DNA of 59,024 nucleotides, counting the filler, from Bipalium vagum (lineage: Eukaryota): NCBI GenBank assembly GCA_037834085.1. It is 3 parts of 3 records of this genome, joined end to end, with 100 filler letters (N's around TTAATTAATTAA, not from the genome) between each part and the next. Parts side by side here need not be neighbours in the genome. Positions count along the whole stretch, not along the records: positions 1 to 26,960 come from JBBMKC010113317.1; 2 more parts are not named here. One strand, 5' to 3'. Below, piece by piece: positions 1 to 13,000 of the stretch (positions are counted from its first letter, which is position 1; each line of letters starts with the position of its first letter). The notes under the pieces are model-generated. The model was not told the DNA's origin, did not search any database, and saw only the letters and a list, made by a program, of their open reading frames with translations. Made by a program: the position numbers and the translations under genes.

Positions 1-280
1 CTAAAATCAATAATGTTATTGTTTTGAAAATTTGGATTGCTTTGGGATCGAAGTTTTTGAAGGATTTGATTGAATTGGTTGGTCCGAAGGTGGGAGTCTC
101 CACAATATTATATTTATCCATGTATAAATCACTAATAACTTTATAAATAATAAGCAAATAAGAATTGTGCATTTACTTTGTTTCCAACCCAAACTCAAAA
201 AAAAACCACTAAAAAACGACTGAAAAAATTTTGAGCAATTTTAAAATATCCCATTTCTAACTTTATAAAATTTGTTTCAG

Positions 281-520
281 CAAACGGTTTTGAAGACTGC
301 CATACAACATACCCAGGATCATATTTTGGAAACTTAGATAAAACTATAGATGGACGTTTATGTTTACCATGGAACCTTGTTGGAACAATACATCAAAAGC
401 TTCAAATTCTACAATATGAAGGAACGGATATGCATTCATATTGTCGTATGATAGATGACTATGTCAAGCCTTGGTGCTACGTGAAAAATGGATTTGCTTA
501 CTGTAATATCCCTTTATGCA
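281..520 (+). CDS. Mosaic kringle/lectin gene, exon: kringle 1 (6 Cys)
   Basis: tttcag|...|gttatt, phase 1-1. Translates to DCHTTYPGSYFGNLDKTIDGRLCLPW...HSYCRMIDDYVKPWCYVKNGFAYCNIPLC, with kringle motifs C-x-x-W, YCR, PWCY and C-x-IP-x-C. Not in the ORF track (no start codon). Confidence 0.9.
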
Positions 521-568
521 GTTATTTATTTAAATAATTGAATAAAAATATTATCATTTTCAATGCAG

Positions 569-955
569 GCAATATTTATAAAGATAAGACTGGCATAATG
601 TTCTTTACAAAAGAAAAGCTGGCACGTGTTAAGTGCATGTATATACAGAATAATATAAGAAAATTTCGAAGCTGCAAGGAATTGTCCCAAAATAACAGTG
701 AAATGAAATTGAAAATAACTCTTAGCCAACCCCTTAAAGTGAAAGCAATCGTTATAAATAAATGTTTTGGCTTTGCTAATTATTCCAAGTTCATGAAGGT
801 AACGGTGATGAGTGATTATAGCCAGTCATATTGTTATTTACATAATGGTAACGATTTTGACGGAAATCCTGTATATTATTTCTGTAATGCCGTTGGGTTT
901 AATATTTTTATACATTTTAAAGATAGGACAAGAATTTGCGAAATTCAAATAATTA
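569..955 (+). CDS. Mosaic gene exon: F5/8-C / F-type-lectin-like beta-sandwich domain 1
   Basis: Follows a 48-nt intron (521-568); atgcag|...|gtaag, phase 1-1. Lies inside ORF 538..1053 and ends RICEIQII, resembling the C-terminal LCEVEV strand of FTP/discoidin domains. Confidence 0.75.
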
Positions 956-1649
956 GTAAGAATCAAATTCGGTTTTCATCTTTACATCTTCAATTTAAGT
1001 TTTATACGAAATCTCTAAGAAGTATGTTGATATTACAACCCATTTCAAATTAACTCATATCCCTCTTCAAATGACAAGTCCTTTTCAAAATCCTTTTAAA
1101 TCAGACATTTAATTAAAGTCACTTGGAATTGTATTATTATATATTTAAAACACAGAAAATATGATTCACAGATTATTTATAAATTATTTAAATATTAACT
1201 TATTTTCATTTAAAATCATATCAATAACTTATTGTCGGCTTATTCTTTGACGATATTATAAATCTTTACACTATTGGGATATTGCTTATTTTGAGAAGTT
1301 AACAATAATCACTATTTGAAATGTTTTCAATTAGAATGTAGGACCTAGACATGTGAAAGAAGAATTTCGTTATGAACAAACAAACATTAATCAGTAAAGT
1401 AGTCATCATTTGAATCAACTGTTGAAGTGAAAAACAATAATTAAGAAATTTTTATTAATTTGTTAAGTGTACAAATAAATACACTCAATTCTCTTTTTAT
1501 GCGGTAGATACGTACCAGGAAAAGTTGCACATAAAAATAGTATAAAAATATATATTTATATACAAAAAGATAGATATGGACCACCGTCCTGGAAATGTTT
1601 ATCTAATGGTCCCCCATTGAAATTTGAAAACATTATTTTTTTATAAAAT

Positions 1650-1910
1650 GTTATTTTTAGGGTCTCAACTGTTTATAAATACGAACAGCAATTAAACAAG
1701 TCACAATTATTATTGATGCATAAAATAGTCAGTAATTAATGTCTGTGATGGCTTGGATAAATTTTATAGAGTTCTCGGTAACCTGATTATAAACACTACG
1801 AACCAGCATTATCGATAAATTTTCTATGGGGTGAATATGGTTCCCAATCCTTAACTTGAATTTTTTGTCTTTTAGCCATTGTTAAGTTGAGCTGGCAACA
1901 TGGCATCGGC
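1650..1910 (-). mobile_element. Tc1-like transposase 3' fragment
   Basis: Minus translation DWEPYSP...LVRSVY resembles the Tc1 WP.xSPDLNPIEN region. Confidence 0.5.
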
Positions 1911-2587
1911 AATTACCTTACTGAAACACAGGATTTAAACGCAAAATTTATCGATATTATAGTAATAATAGATTGACACAAACAAATTTAATTTAATTTT
2001 AAAAGTAAAGTATAATAAAAACTTAAAATATTGTTTAAAAATACCTATAAACCTTGTACTTTGTTAGAATAAATCAAAAGTTAAATTTTCAATAAAAATA
2101 ATAAAGATTTCATAATTTTACAAAGTTTAGCAATTAATTATGGTTACACTGTATATGGAGCGCTGGAAAAATTTTATGGAATCCGTTACGTTAAATTACT
2201 TTTATTTTTTATAACTAATATAATCATAATTAGTTAGTAATTCCATAAATAATTTTATTTAATCTAAATTAAGGAAAATTTTTGAATAAGTAAAAATTTG
2301 AAATGGGAGTTATAAATAATAATGTGAAACTTTTTCGGGAAATTATCATTCGATTATTAAGTTCTGTAATACGCCGAAGCAACACCAAAGAGGAGCGTTT
2401 ACAAATGGTTTACAGGACTAGTTGAGCCACAAATCTGGAGAAAGAGTTTTTATTTTTATTCATTTATAAATGATTTAAACATTTAAATGATTTACACATT
2501 TAACCAAAAATACAATTATAGTTAAAAATGGAAATATATTTTATACCGATTATTTTCATTTTTAATCAAAAACACTTTTGGTTGTAG

Positions 2588-2851
2588 TTGATACAATAAA
2601 TACCAATTGCCACAATTTTGACTTTGATTATCAAGGAATTTTATCGATGGCTGTTCATTACCAGTGTGTTTTATGGAATAGTGGTGTTCTCAATGTTAAA
2701 CTTCCTGAAGGGACACAGTCGCAATTAGCACACTTTAAGAATAAATTCAACGTTTACTTGGAAAATAATTACTGTAGACCAGTAAATGGCAGCTTACTAT
2801 GTTTAGAAAAACCCTCAAAGTTACGACATTGCCATATCCCTAAATGTTCAT
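2588..2851 (+). CDS. Mosaic gene exon: divergent kringle 2
   Basis: ttgtag|...|gttagg, phase 1-1. CHNFDFDYQG...YQCVLW...NNYCRP...LLCLE...CHIPKC; 6 Cys, but PWCY is replaced by LLCL. Confidence 0.85.
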
Positions 2852-3339
2852 GTTAGGTTTCTTTTATTTATCTTTTCATTTTTTTATATTTCCACAAAAG
2901 CAAAGTGAATTTCTTAAAATTAATAATAATATATATTAATAATGTTAGAATTGTTAATAAAAATTATTAATTAAAAACATTGTGTTATTTGTTTAATCAT
3001 TTATATAAGCGAGCTTGAGCTGACTAAAATTTAAAACATTACACAAGAGTAATATTATATCTTATTTATCAATTTCATGAAATCTTATCACTGTATAAAG
3101 AAATCACACTGAAAATAATGAGTACATTGATTATGGTCTAAAATTAAATTAACTATATTTGTAATAAAGTCAAATTAACAACTTATTTTAAATATATAAA
3201 GGATTTTTTTAATAAATGCTTAGACATCGCAATAAATGAATAGGTCAAAATTACACATCCACTAATGTTTTAATCGATTTGCGGAAACAGTAATGAAGTG
3301 CATGAAATGCTTGATGAGACTCCTTAATCTTCAAAATCA

Positions 3340-3660
3340 AAATTCTAGTTTACCAGATTTAAACCACGTGACTTCAATTTGAATGATAAAGAAAGTTAAG
3401 GTCAGCCAAAAAAGTTTGAGAATAGTGAATAGCAAGATTTGTTGAATGAAAACAACACTCAAACAAAGAAAAATTTCCTATGACATTTAGCGCTAGAAAG
3501 TATTCAAAAGGGTGGAAGATAAGTCTCTCGTAATGGGATGAAAGTGCTATTTGTATTTTATAAAGTAAAGCCACATCTCTACTTGCAAGAAAAAAAAGTT
3601 GTTTGTGACAATTTTTATGAGGTAATGTGCAGCATCATTATTCAATAATTGATTTTTCCA
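3340..3660 (+). mobile_element. mariner relic (HTH region)
   Basis: FKPRDFNLNDKES*GQPKKFENSE*QDLLNENNTQT. Confidence 0.65.
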
Positions 3661-5314
3661 ATTTAGTTTCAATATAAATTCTTTTATATATTTCACCTTG
3701 AATTCTAAATTTATATTATTAAGATATTCAAAAATGTCAACCCAAAACCAGAAATCCCGTAGCCAATATGGATCGATTAATTCTTTAGGCTATGGATTTT
3801 CAATTTTAAAATTAAATCTATTTCATATTTCAGTTCAATAAATCTTCTTTGGCATGTGTAACGGCTTAACCACCTACTGTTACTAAAATGAACTAAATCG
3901 TAGATTGATATCAATAATTTATCGTTCAAAATTAAATACCGCTACTTAAGCTTCTTCTAACCTATCAAATCTCAAACTGTTAGAAAGCGGCAGATTTGTT
4001 AATTTTATATACTTATTTATATATTTTTTTCAAGTATACGCTTTCTAAAAATAATTTTGAACCCACAAAAATTTTATTTATACTACTATTTATTATATTA
4101 TATTATTTATATTATTATCTTCAAACATGTTTCGATCTCTTCTTTCAGATCTTCTTCAGTCAATTTTATTCTTCTTCGATATCTATCTTCATATGATATC
4201 ACTATTATGATTTTAATAAAATTATCTACATTATTATTGAGCAAAAGTAAAAAAAACCTTTTTAATTCTACAAACTTTAAAAATAACATTTTATAATATT
4301 TTTAAATTAGTTTTTTAAAAATATTAATTAAAGAAAACATTAATAATCCATTGATTCCCGCTTTCTCCATTTTGTGAATACATTTTTGGTTTTAGTTTTT
4401 TTATTACTAATGATTCGCATATTTACTTTCTTCATCATTATCAAAGTTGTTTATTATTATTACACTAAACTCATTTTCATTGGCATATTTATTTCCTTGT
4501 CTTTCTTTGCAACTAACAGTTTGATCCAACACTTTACTTGTTCTACTTTTTTGAGAAGGCTCACTAATTTGTGTCTTTAGGTGACATTGTTTCTCCCACA
4601 TGTATAGTTGACCACATACATGATATTGAAATTTATACATAATATTAGCTTGCATTGGTTTTGTAGTCAATGTTTTGATTTTTTAAAATTTCTTCGATTT
4701 CGCAGTTACTGATATTACTTTTAGGCCTTCATCATTTATTGACTGTAATATTTTACTTTTATAAATTTTGAATCCCTCTGAATAGTGAATTTTAATAATT
4801 TTCTTATATTCACTTTTTACTTCTTCTTTTTTCGCATTGCATTCTTGATTGTTCATATATATATGATATTATCTAAATCTACTAGGCATGACTTTTGAAA
4901 TGTGTTTGGTTTCAAAATTAGATTATTTTTGAAAATTATTTATTTAAAATGATAAAATCTCATTAATTTTAATTATCAATTTAACTTATTTTATTTGTTC
5001 TTTTTAGATTTGAAAATTATTCTTATCATAATCTATCAAAGATTGATGAAAATGAATTTTCACAATATTTGCAATAAATCATTTTTCAATAATTTCTACA
5101 TTTTATAATGAAATTAAAATCAGTTTATATTTTTAGAAAAATATAAAATTAAAATTTTCCATTTTTTCAATATGTACGTATATTAATATTATTATTTTTT
5201 TAATTTTTTCAAAGTTTTATTAATTATGTTAAAATAATTATTATTAACAATATGTAAACTTAACAAGCTAGTAATTTTTTAAAAAATTATTTATTAAATT
5301 TAATAAAATTCTAG

Positions 5315-5469
5315 ACAAAGGAATCGTGTCTTGCAAAATTGAATGTCTGGATTCTTCGTTTTGTGTTTCGTTTCATGAAACCCCATTTAGCTCTTTAGAT
5401 GAAGCCAAGCAAATATGTTTTTACTGTGGTGCATTGGGATTAGTGAAGATAGCTAACTTCATGCAAAGT
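5315..5469 (+). CDS. Mosaic gene exon: C-type lectin domain, N-terminal half
   Basis: ttctag|...|gtaaat, phase 1-0. CKIECLDSSFCVSFHETPFSSLDEAKQICFYCGALGLVKIANFMQS matches the CTLD alpha1 pattern (A-x-x-x-C ... L-V-x-I). Confidence 0.8.
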
Positions 5470-5659
5470 GTAAATATTTGTTTAATTTCTCACATTATAT
5501 TACTATATATAATAAAACAAGTTTTAATAATTTAATTTTATAATTTAAATTAAATAATTATAAATATTTCTTTGAATTTTATGATATTCATATACTTTCA
5601 TAAATTTATTTCTATTTAATGATGATATATATATAATATAAGTATATATGGTTTAATTA

Positions 5660-6490
5660 GGTGCTATCAATCAATGAAAATAAATGGTGTCATTGATGGG
5701 AACACATTGGGGAGTTATTCCATAAAGACAATCTCATCTATGCTTGAGATGAAATACTTAATTGTGAACATCATTGTAAAAAGATTTTTAAAGACAGAAA
5801 AGGTACAACTCAATAATGCGATGGTAAAAGGTGGTCCAGGTTAAGCTTCAAATAAAAAAAAGAGTTGTTATAACATGTGGATATGGAATGCACTTTGACA
5901 TTAAAACAACATTCAATCTAAGTTAAAGAAAAGTCTATCATCGTTGTATCATTGAATAGGCTTGACAGAGCTCTTGTACAATTTCAGAACCACGTTGGTT
6001 CCATTTAAATTTAGTAGAAGAAACTGCAAAAAACAATAAATTTAAGAACCTGAAACTGAATAATGAAAATAGGAGTCTTTTGAATGAAATAGGATTTTGT
6101 GTTGCTGCAAACCTAGTAGAGATAGAAATCAAAGCGAAAAATCAGTATATGTGAACGTTCCAGCAGCTCGTAGTAGAAATATTTCTATTGTTACTGCAAT
6201 GATAAAATATGATTCGATTTATGATAATAACCATGAAAGACCATTCAATGGAGAAGATTTTAAAGTTGTTTTAATTGAAATAAAATCAGCATTTACTACA
6301 GTTGGTATCTTCCCTTCCATACACACCATTTTTATCGAGAGAGTATTCCCGGTCGTGGAGGTGTAAAAAATGAAAAGGAGTTGAAAATCTTAATTTCAAA
6401 TTAATTTGATCACATTACTGAAGCGCATTTTTGGTCTTTTAAAGGAAAATGCTTTCCTATCTTATTAAATCTTCAAACAGGGAAATGATT
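5660..6490 (+). mobile_element. IS630/Tc1-type DDE transposon relic
   Basis: LNEIGF, RNISIVTAM, FNGEDF and a frameshifted YLP-PYTPFL motif. Confidence 0.7.
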
Positions 6491-7160
6491 AATAAATAAT
6501 AAATAATAATAAAATGTTGTTTGTTGTTTATAATTATTATAAAAAATTATTTAATTGATTGACAAACTTTATAATAACAAATAATATTTATTATTATTAA
6601 TTTTTTTATTATTTATTATAAAAGCCTTATATCACTGATGTTATTGAAAATTTTTGTTTTAATAGAAATTAATTGATTATTTTAAATAAGAATTGATTAA
6701 AATCTAAGCTAAATAATCACATTCGTTACTGTTTTAATGTTGAAATTGATTAATAAAAGGTGTTACAATAATTAGAAAAATAAATAATGTTTTATCGGAA
6801 ATTGACTGAATATTCTCTAAAATTGGGATGAGTTAAAGTAAATATTTTAATTAAGTTTTATTTCAGCTTCATCTGTGATACTAATTCAATTATATTAAAA
6901 ATATTCTTTTTCCTCTTTCCATTAATTGGCATATTCTAGATTGGTACACTTGGAAATTTTCTCCGAAGCTTCAATACGGGATGTTGATCATTAAATTTTA
7001 TTGATATATTAACGAATCAAAATAAATGAGTAATTAAATTCGTTAATTAGAATTTCTTTTTTATATATTTATCTGTCAACTAGACTTCAAATTACTTTTC
7101 ACAAAATATTTGATTGAAAAATGAAATAAAATCAGGATGAAAAGTTCTTTTATTGATATA

Positions 7161-7860
7161 CAGTAGAACCTGCTTAAGAGCACTTGTAAAATGTCAGTGT
7201 GCGTCAATTAAAATTACTTGATTTCGGACAGAAAACTTATTAGGCATTATTATAGGACCGCTTAAAACAGCATTTTGGTTTTGCCTTTTCTCAAACCAAA
7301 TATACATTGCTTGATATAAATCGACACATTTACCTTTTTTTAATTTTCTGGAAAAAGTATTTCTTTTACTCACAGCAATGGATCGTAACTTTTTCTCTTG
7401 GTTTAGCATTTTGATAATATACATACATCACACTTATATTGTTTAGCAAAATCCTTTCTTTTGGAACCATTTTTCAATTTATTAATAATTTCGATTTTTT
7501 GTTGAACTGAAAAATTTTGTCTCATTTTTTTACCATTGTACTAAAAAAATTTTAATCTATTGAAAAATAAGCAAAACTTTGAAAATTTAAAATTGTGTAT
7601 TTAAAGATGTGCATTTATACGATTGAATTTATATTATATTATATTTATATATTATTATATTATATATTTATTATATTTATATATTATATTTATACGAACA
7701 TATATTTTATATTACAATAAATTTATAAAATTGTGCTTCAAATATCTGACATATATGCATCTGAGTTTCAGCAAGGTTAAAATGCTGCTGAACCATATAA
7801 ATCCTGCTCTAATCTTGGAAAGAATGCAGTTTTCCAGTACATGTAAATTTTAGTTCTGTA
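7161..7860 (-). mobile_element. pogo/Tigger (CENP-B-like) deleted element
   Basis: TA+CAGTAGAACC TIR-like end at 7161; HTH_psq MRQNFSVQQKIEIINKLKNG and CENP-B HTH LYQAMYIWF...LSGPII. Confidence 0.75.
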
Positions 7861-7864
7861 AATT

Positions 7865-8480
7865 CAAAGAAAGAAATGTTGATGTCACTGATTAAACACT
7901 CGTTGGTACTCCACGAAAATTGAAATCTGAACTAATAGAAGGACATCTGAATGAAAATAGTGCACAGACGCAAGTAGAATTAGCTGAACAACTGGAAGTC
8001 AACCTACCAATTATTAGCACACGATTACACGAAATGGGAAAAATTAAAAAATTTGGAAAGTGTGTGCCACACAACTGTCAGAAAGCATTTTTATTCCTGT
8101 TAAATACATGTGGGTCGCTGCTCGTAAGGCACAGAAAAAACGATTTTTTATGAAATATTGTCATTCAAGACGAACAATGTATTTACTATGATAATCATAA
8201 GCGGAGACATTCATTGGTGGCCTCTGGTGGTAAACCTGTTAACCCGGCCGCAAAACTAATATGTCCCCAGCAAAAAGTTGCTAGTTTACATAAGGTGGCG
8301 TATGAAAAGTCTTATTCACTATAAGTTCATTTAAGTAGGCGAGGCTGTTAATACAAAACGTTACAGCATACATTTAATTAAAATGCTTTTGGCTTAGAAA
8401 ATAGGAAAACCTATTTTCGGACAATGGTTGCGTAATATTTTGTTGTTGTATTACAATACCAGGCCGCGTGAGAATAAGAA
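7865..8480 (+). mobile_element. mariner relic
   Basis: QTQVELAEQL...MGKIKKFGKCVPH; NIVIQDEQCIYYDN (first catalytic D region). Confidence 0.85.
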
Positions 8481-8608
8481 TGGTAACTAACATGGCGACC
8501 ACACTAGGACTTTAGTAAAATATAGATTTTAAAATGGCATGAATTTCCTTACTTTCTTAATTTTATTTAAAATGATCTTTTTAAAATTTGTACCTATTTT
8601 CTTTGTAG

Positions 8609-8891
8609 GACTTTATACACAGTCGAATCAGAACCATCAATCCACTGGTACAGTGGCTGATAGGATATAACAAACCCATAGGATCGTCCTGGAAAAATGA
8701 TTGGGGAGAAAATATTATTTTTCAAAATTTCAAAAATTATGAAATTCCTAAAACGAACAATGACTCCTTCTTGTGCACCTTACTCAATGCCTACAAGAAC
8801 GATACGTGGAAATGGGAATTCTGCATTAACATTAATAACCCTTTCATTTGCCAGCATACGGATTTTGTAAAATCTCAAAATAAAAGATCAG
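8609..8891 (+). CDS. Mosaic gene exon: C-type lectin domain, C-terminal half
   Basis: ttgtag|...|gttcga, phase 0-1. DFIHSRI...QWLIGY...SSWKNDW...FLCTLL...WKWEFCININNPFICQ has a WIG-like motif and the terminal W..C..FIC. Not in the ORF track. Confidence 0.85.
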
Positions 8892-9039
8892 GTTCGATTT
8901 CAGTTTTAAGAATTTTTAAAAAAAATAAAGCAAACATTTATTAAGTTAAGTTAATTATAATTGATAAGTTAAATATTAGAAATATCTGACCATACAAAAT
9001 GAAGTAGAAAGAGACCAAATAAATCAAAAGATTCAGGAG

Positions 9040-9260
9040 AAAATCATAGCAGTCTTCTAGGTTTCCTTAAATCTTCTTATCAATTTATAAACTGTTGTTT
9101 TCTTTGTTTCATCATCTTGATAAACGTTTTTCAAAGATTCGATGATATCCGATGTTTCCCATCCGAATTTGGTGAAGAATTTCAATACCAAACCCTATTC
9201 AAGTTTCAAAGTTGCCATTTTCTAAAATTACTACCTTAGTAAAAATTTTGTATTATCTTA
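9040..9260 (-). mobile_element. mariner (irritans-like) N-terminal fragment
   Basis: LKFFTKFGWETSDIIESLKNVYQDDETKKTTVYKLIRRFKE. Confidence 0.7.
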
Positions 9261-9609
9261 GTTAGAAGTCTAATGGATGCATTCAATCCTTTTTCCCATT
9301 AATTATCATTATCCTATTCATTCTCTTACATTTTGATAAAACATTCGTATACTTTATTGCATACAATTATTGTACATTTACAGCATAAAAATATTTGATA
9401 AAAATAAAACAAGAAATAATGATGATGAGAATGATTAATAATAATATAATAAAAAAATTAAATTAAAAAAAAAATAAATAAAAATATATATAAATAAATA
9501 AATAATAATAATAATAGTCAGCTAAAAATATTCAAAAGTCTCAACTTTTTAATTCAATATTTTAATGCATAAATATTTTAAATAGAAAAAATTAATTAAC
9601 AAAATTTAG

Positions 9610-9864
9610 ATTCACCGTTTACGTCATGCGCATCCCCAGATTATGATAGATTATATTTCGGAAATATTTCAGTAACTCAAAACAACAAACCCTGTTTTGA
9701 ATGGAAAATATTCGATGATTCTTATACCGTTAATACATTGTCTAATAATATTCTTGATCGTGGAGACCATAATTACTGTCGTTTTCAGCTGAACAGACCA
9801 CTGCCATGGTGTTTTACAAACTCAGATAATACGGAATCAGATTATTGCTTTGTTCCGAGATGTA
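9610..9864 (+). CDS. Mosaic gene exon: kringle 3 (6 Cys)
   Basis: atttag|...|gtatga, phase 1-1. SCASPDYDRLYFGNISVTQNNKPCFEW...HNYCRFQLNRPLPWCFT...DYCFVPRC. Confidence 0.9.
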
Positions 9865-10009
9865 GTATGATTATTATATTAAATAAAAATTTATTTTCCT
9901 AAAATTCTAATACTGTAGTCCTTCTATTAGTTACAACCTCTTTGATTTGCCACAATTTCACTTTTAAACAGACAAAAAAATCTTAGAAGACAAGAAAATA
10001 TTTTATTAA

Positions 10010-13000
10010 AAATACGACCAATAACAATCAACACATTTCTGCCAATGCGAAAAAAGTTTATCTATTCAAAACAATCAAATTTGAAGGCTGAAATGTGCCC
10101 ATTGTACTTAGGCCATAAAATTTGACAAGAGTATCAACCATGAGAAACACATTAAGCAGGTCCACAAAATTGAGTCGAGCGATTCACAGATGTACAAATG
10201 CGTCTGTAATCTGATATTCAATAGGGAAGCATTCTTCCCAGACGTCATCACTCACAATAAAATGATGACCCAAGCCCCGTTTCCTACCCTTGACGACCTA
10301 ATGGTCAGTCTGGAGAATAAGACCTCCAGCTGACTCGAATGGCACGCAATCGAGGCCTACCTACGCACTCACATCCAAGACCCCAATATCGTCTTTATTT
10401 GACCCGGGCCTGCGATTGCCCTCATGAAGAGGAATGCCTTAGACTTCTATAAGCTCTTCCCTTTGCACCGAATGGCCAAATGGTCCATCTTGATCTGGCT
10501 CATCTTATGAGAACTAAGACATTGGATACTCTTTATTGTCGACCACTCCTTATCCTCATCTTTTCTTCTCAACCCGCCATCATCCACCCTGTTTGGAAGC
10601 AAAGTGAATTCCATCAGACTGTTAACTTTGTTATTACCAAGCTTTGCTGCACCCTGGAGACCAATATTATCACAGGTGGATCGATACCGGGACTACCACT
10701 TCAAGGACCCACTACAGACTGTGGCTTCTTCATATGTCAATATGCCCTTGATTATATCGACACAAGGGTGAGGCATTTTTCTGCCCGAACATCACTGAAA
10801 TTAGATCCTCTCTCTCCACCATCATTGATGGCATTATCCGCAACCGCGCCACCATGCCGGGGAGTGAACTAGCGACACAAACCCACCCTATTCTTAAGGA
10901 AGGACTCTCGCTCAGTGATACCACCGACGCCAAACTCGACCTTTCTTCAAACACATCCTTTCTTACGCCAAACGGCTACTATACAACTCTTTCCAGCACG
11001 CTTCGCTGACCGATCACCAAAACCTCCAGTATTCGCACATAAGGACCGCATGGCTCAATTGGCACATCACCTCCGCCGAATATATGAAATTAACCCCAAA
11101 GCGACCTTCCTTGAGCTGCTGCCAAATAATACTCCGAGCTCCTTTCCATCCTGCTTGGACATCACCCAACACTTTGCCTCCGAACCACCACCGCCGATTG
11201 ATCTCCACTTGCAGCCGGCACTCAAATCTCACCCCCTTGATAGACTCCGGGCTCCGATTGACCCAACTGAGATTCTCCAAGCATTAAAAGGGACCTCATC
11301 TTCGGCGCCAAGTGAAGATGGCTTGAATTATGCCGACTGGAAGGCGATTGACCCACTCCACACATTCTTAACGACCCTCTTCAAGTTTAGCTCCTTCACC
11401 AAGCAATGGCGCTCTTTCAAAACCATCCTACCCCTTAAGCCGGGGAAACTTAAACTCTCTCACCTTGTATCTTCCTGGAGATCCATCGCCATCCTTGCTA
11501 TCTCCTACCGTATTTTTATTCTTGTTCTCAACCATCGTCTCCTAGGATGGATATCCTCAGCAAACTTGTTGCACTCCAATCAAAAAACCATCCACTCCCA
11601 GAACGGATGCGGAGAACACAACGGCGTCATTATGGGCCACACGGAATAATGTAAAGCCATTAAAAAGGAGCTGCTTGTGTGCTTCCTGGACGTTGCTGAA
11701 GCATTCCCCAGCCTGCCACATGAGCTCCTTACGTAAATTGGGTCTTTCGGAGAGCAACATTGACTTGTTGAGAGGCATCTATCAGGGCAACTCCATCTAT
11801 TATGTGTGCCATCATCTCACCACACACAGTATACCAATCGAAAAAGGTTTCAAGCAGGGTTGCCCCGTCTTCATGTCATTGTTTTGCCTCTCCATCAACT
11901 TTCTGATAGATCACTTTCGCACGACTCCGACTCGAATCTTGGCTCTTGACTCCACCTTTGACTGTCTTGCATATGCCGACGATTTGGCACTCATTACAGA
12001 CAGTCAGGATAGGCTCCAAAATATGGTCGACACTCTCTACTGTCTCCTTCAGGCGATCCACTTGGCCTTTCGCCCCATGAAAAGCGGATATCTTTGTCAA
12101 TTCTCATTCACATCAGCCACTCTCTTCATCTATGGGGGGCCTATCCCTCAAGTTGAACCGGCAAATATTTACTCGTATCTTGGAGTCACTCACGAAGCTG
12201 ATCTCCGAAGGGCTACAGATGAGATTCTTGAGAAGAATCTGACGGACTTCCGACATATCTCTATCTCCGATCTTCACCCAGCGCAAATGTTCCATCTATA
12301 TAAGATGTTCATCCACTCCCGCCTTCCGTTCCACTTCGCTAACTGGGTGGTCGATCACCTTACCCTGGCCTCGAAGCAGTCACTGCAGTCCTTATATCGG
12401 GACCAGCGTAAAGGATACGATGAACGTCTTAGGGAAATATTTCGAAACATCACCGACACGGACCGCCTCAAGGGTTCCAATAAAGCCTTCCTCTACTCCC
12501 CTGTGGTTCTTGGAGGCTTTGGCATTACTCGCGCTATCGAGGATTACTAAATCTGTAGTATTGTGCAAGGGCCGCGATTCCTCACTAGCTCTGATCAGTC
12601 CTTCCCCACATTCATTACTAACCATCTTCTCCATGTCGTGCGAATGAGGCAATCGGTTACGGCCCACACGGATCTCACTTTTGCCCCGGCTTGGGTCTCA
12701 AATCTCAAGAACTTCTTCGTCTTTGGCCAAGTCACATGGTGGATTAAATTCCGCAAAGCGTGTAAGGCCCTTAAACTTCAACATATTGACTGCTCCTTCA
12801 TGCTTTCCAATAATCCCGTGGCCCTCACAGTTATTTTTACAACCGCCAATGAAACTCTCAACTACATCTTTGACGGAGTGAACATCCATAAAGCTACATC
12901 GACGCTCCATGAGGCAGTAGCTTCCAGAACTATATGGAATGGCGGTCACATAGGTCACATGGCCTACTGGTCCCTTGCTTTGACTTTAGCTCATTCTCTA

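Noticed and set aside
3996-4670. Several hydrophobic short ORFs
   Set aside because: AT-rich F/I/L/Y-biased chance frames with no motifs or credible splice sites; the same applies to most 60-90 aa ORFs in the track.
11014-12958. Minus-strand ORFs overlapping the retrotransposon
   Set aside because: Antisense shadows of the GC-richer RT coding sequence.
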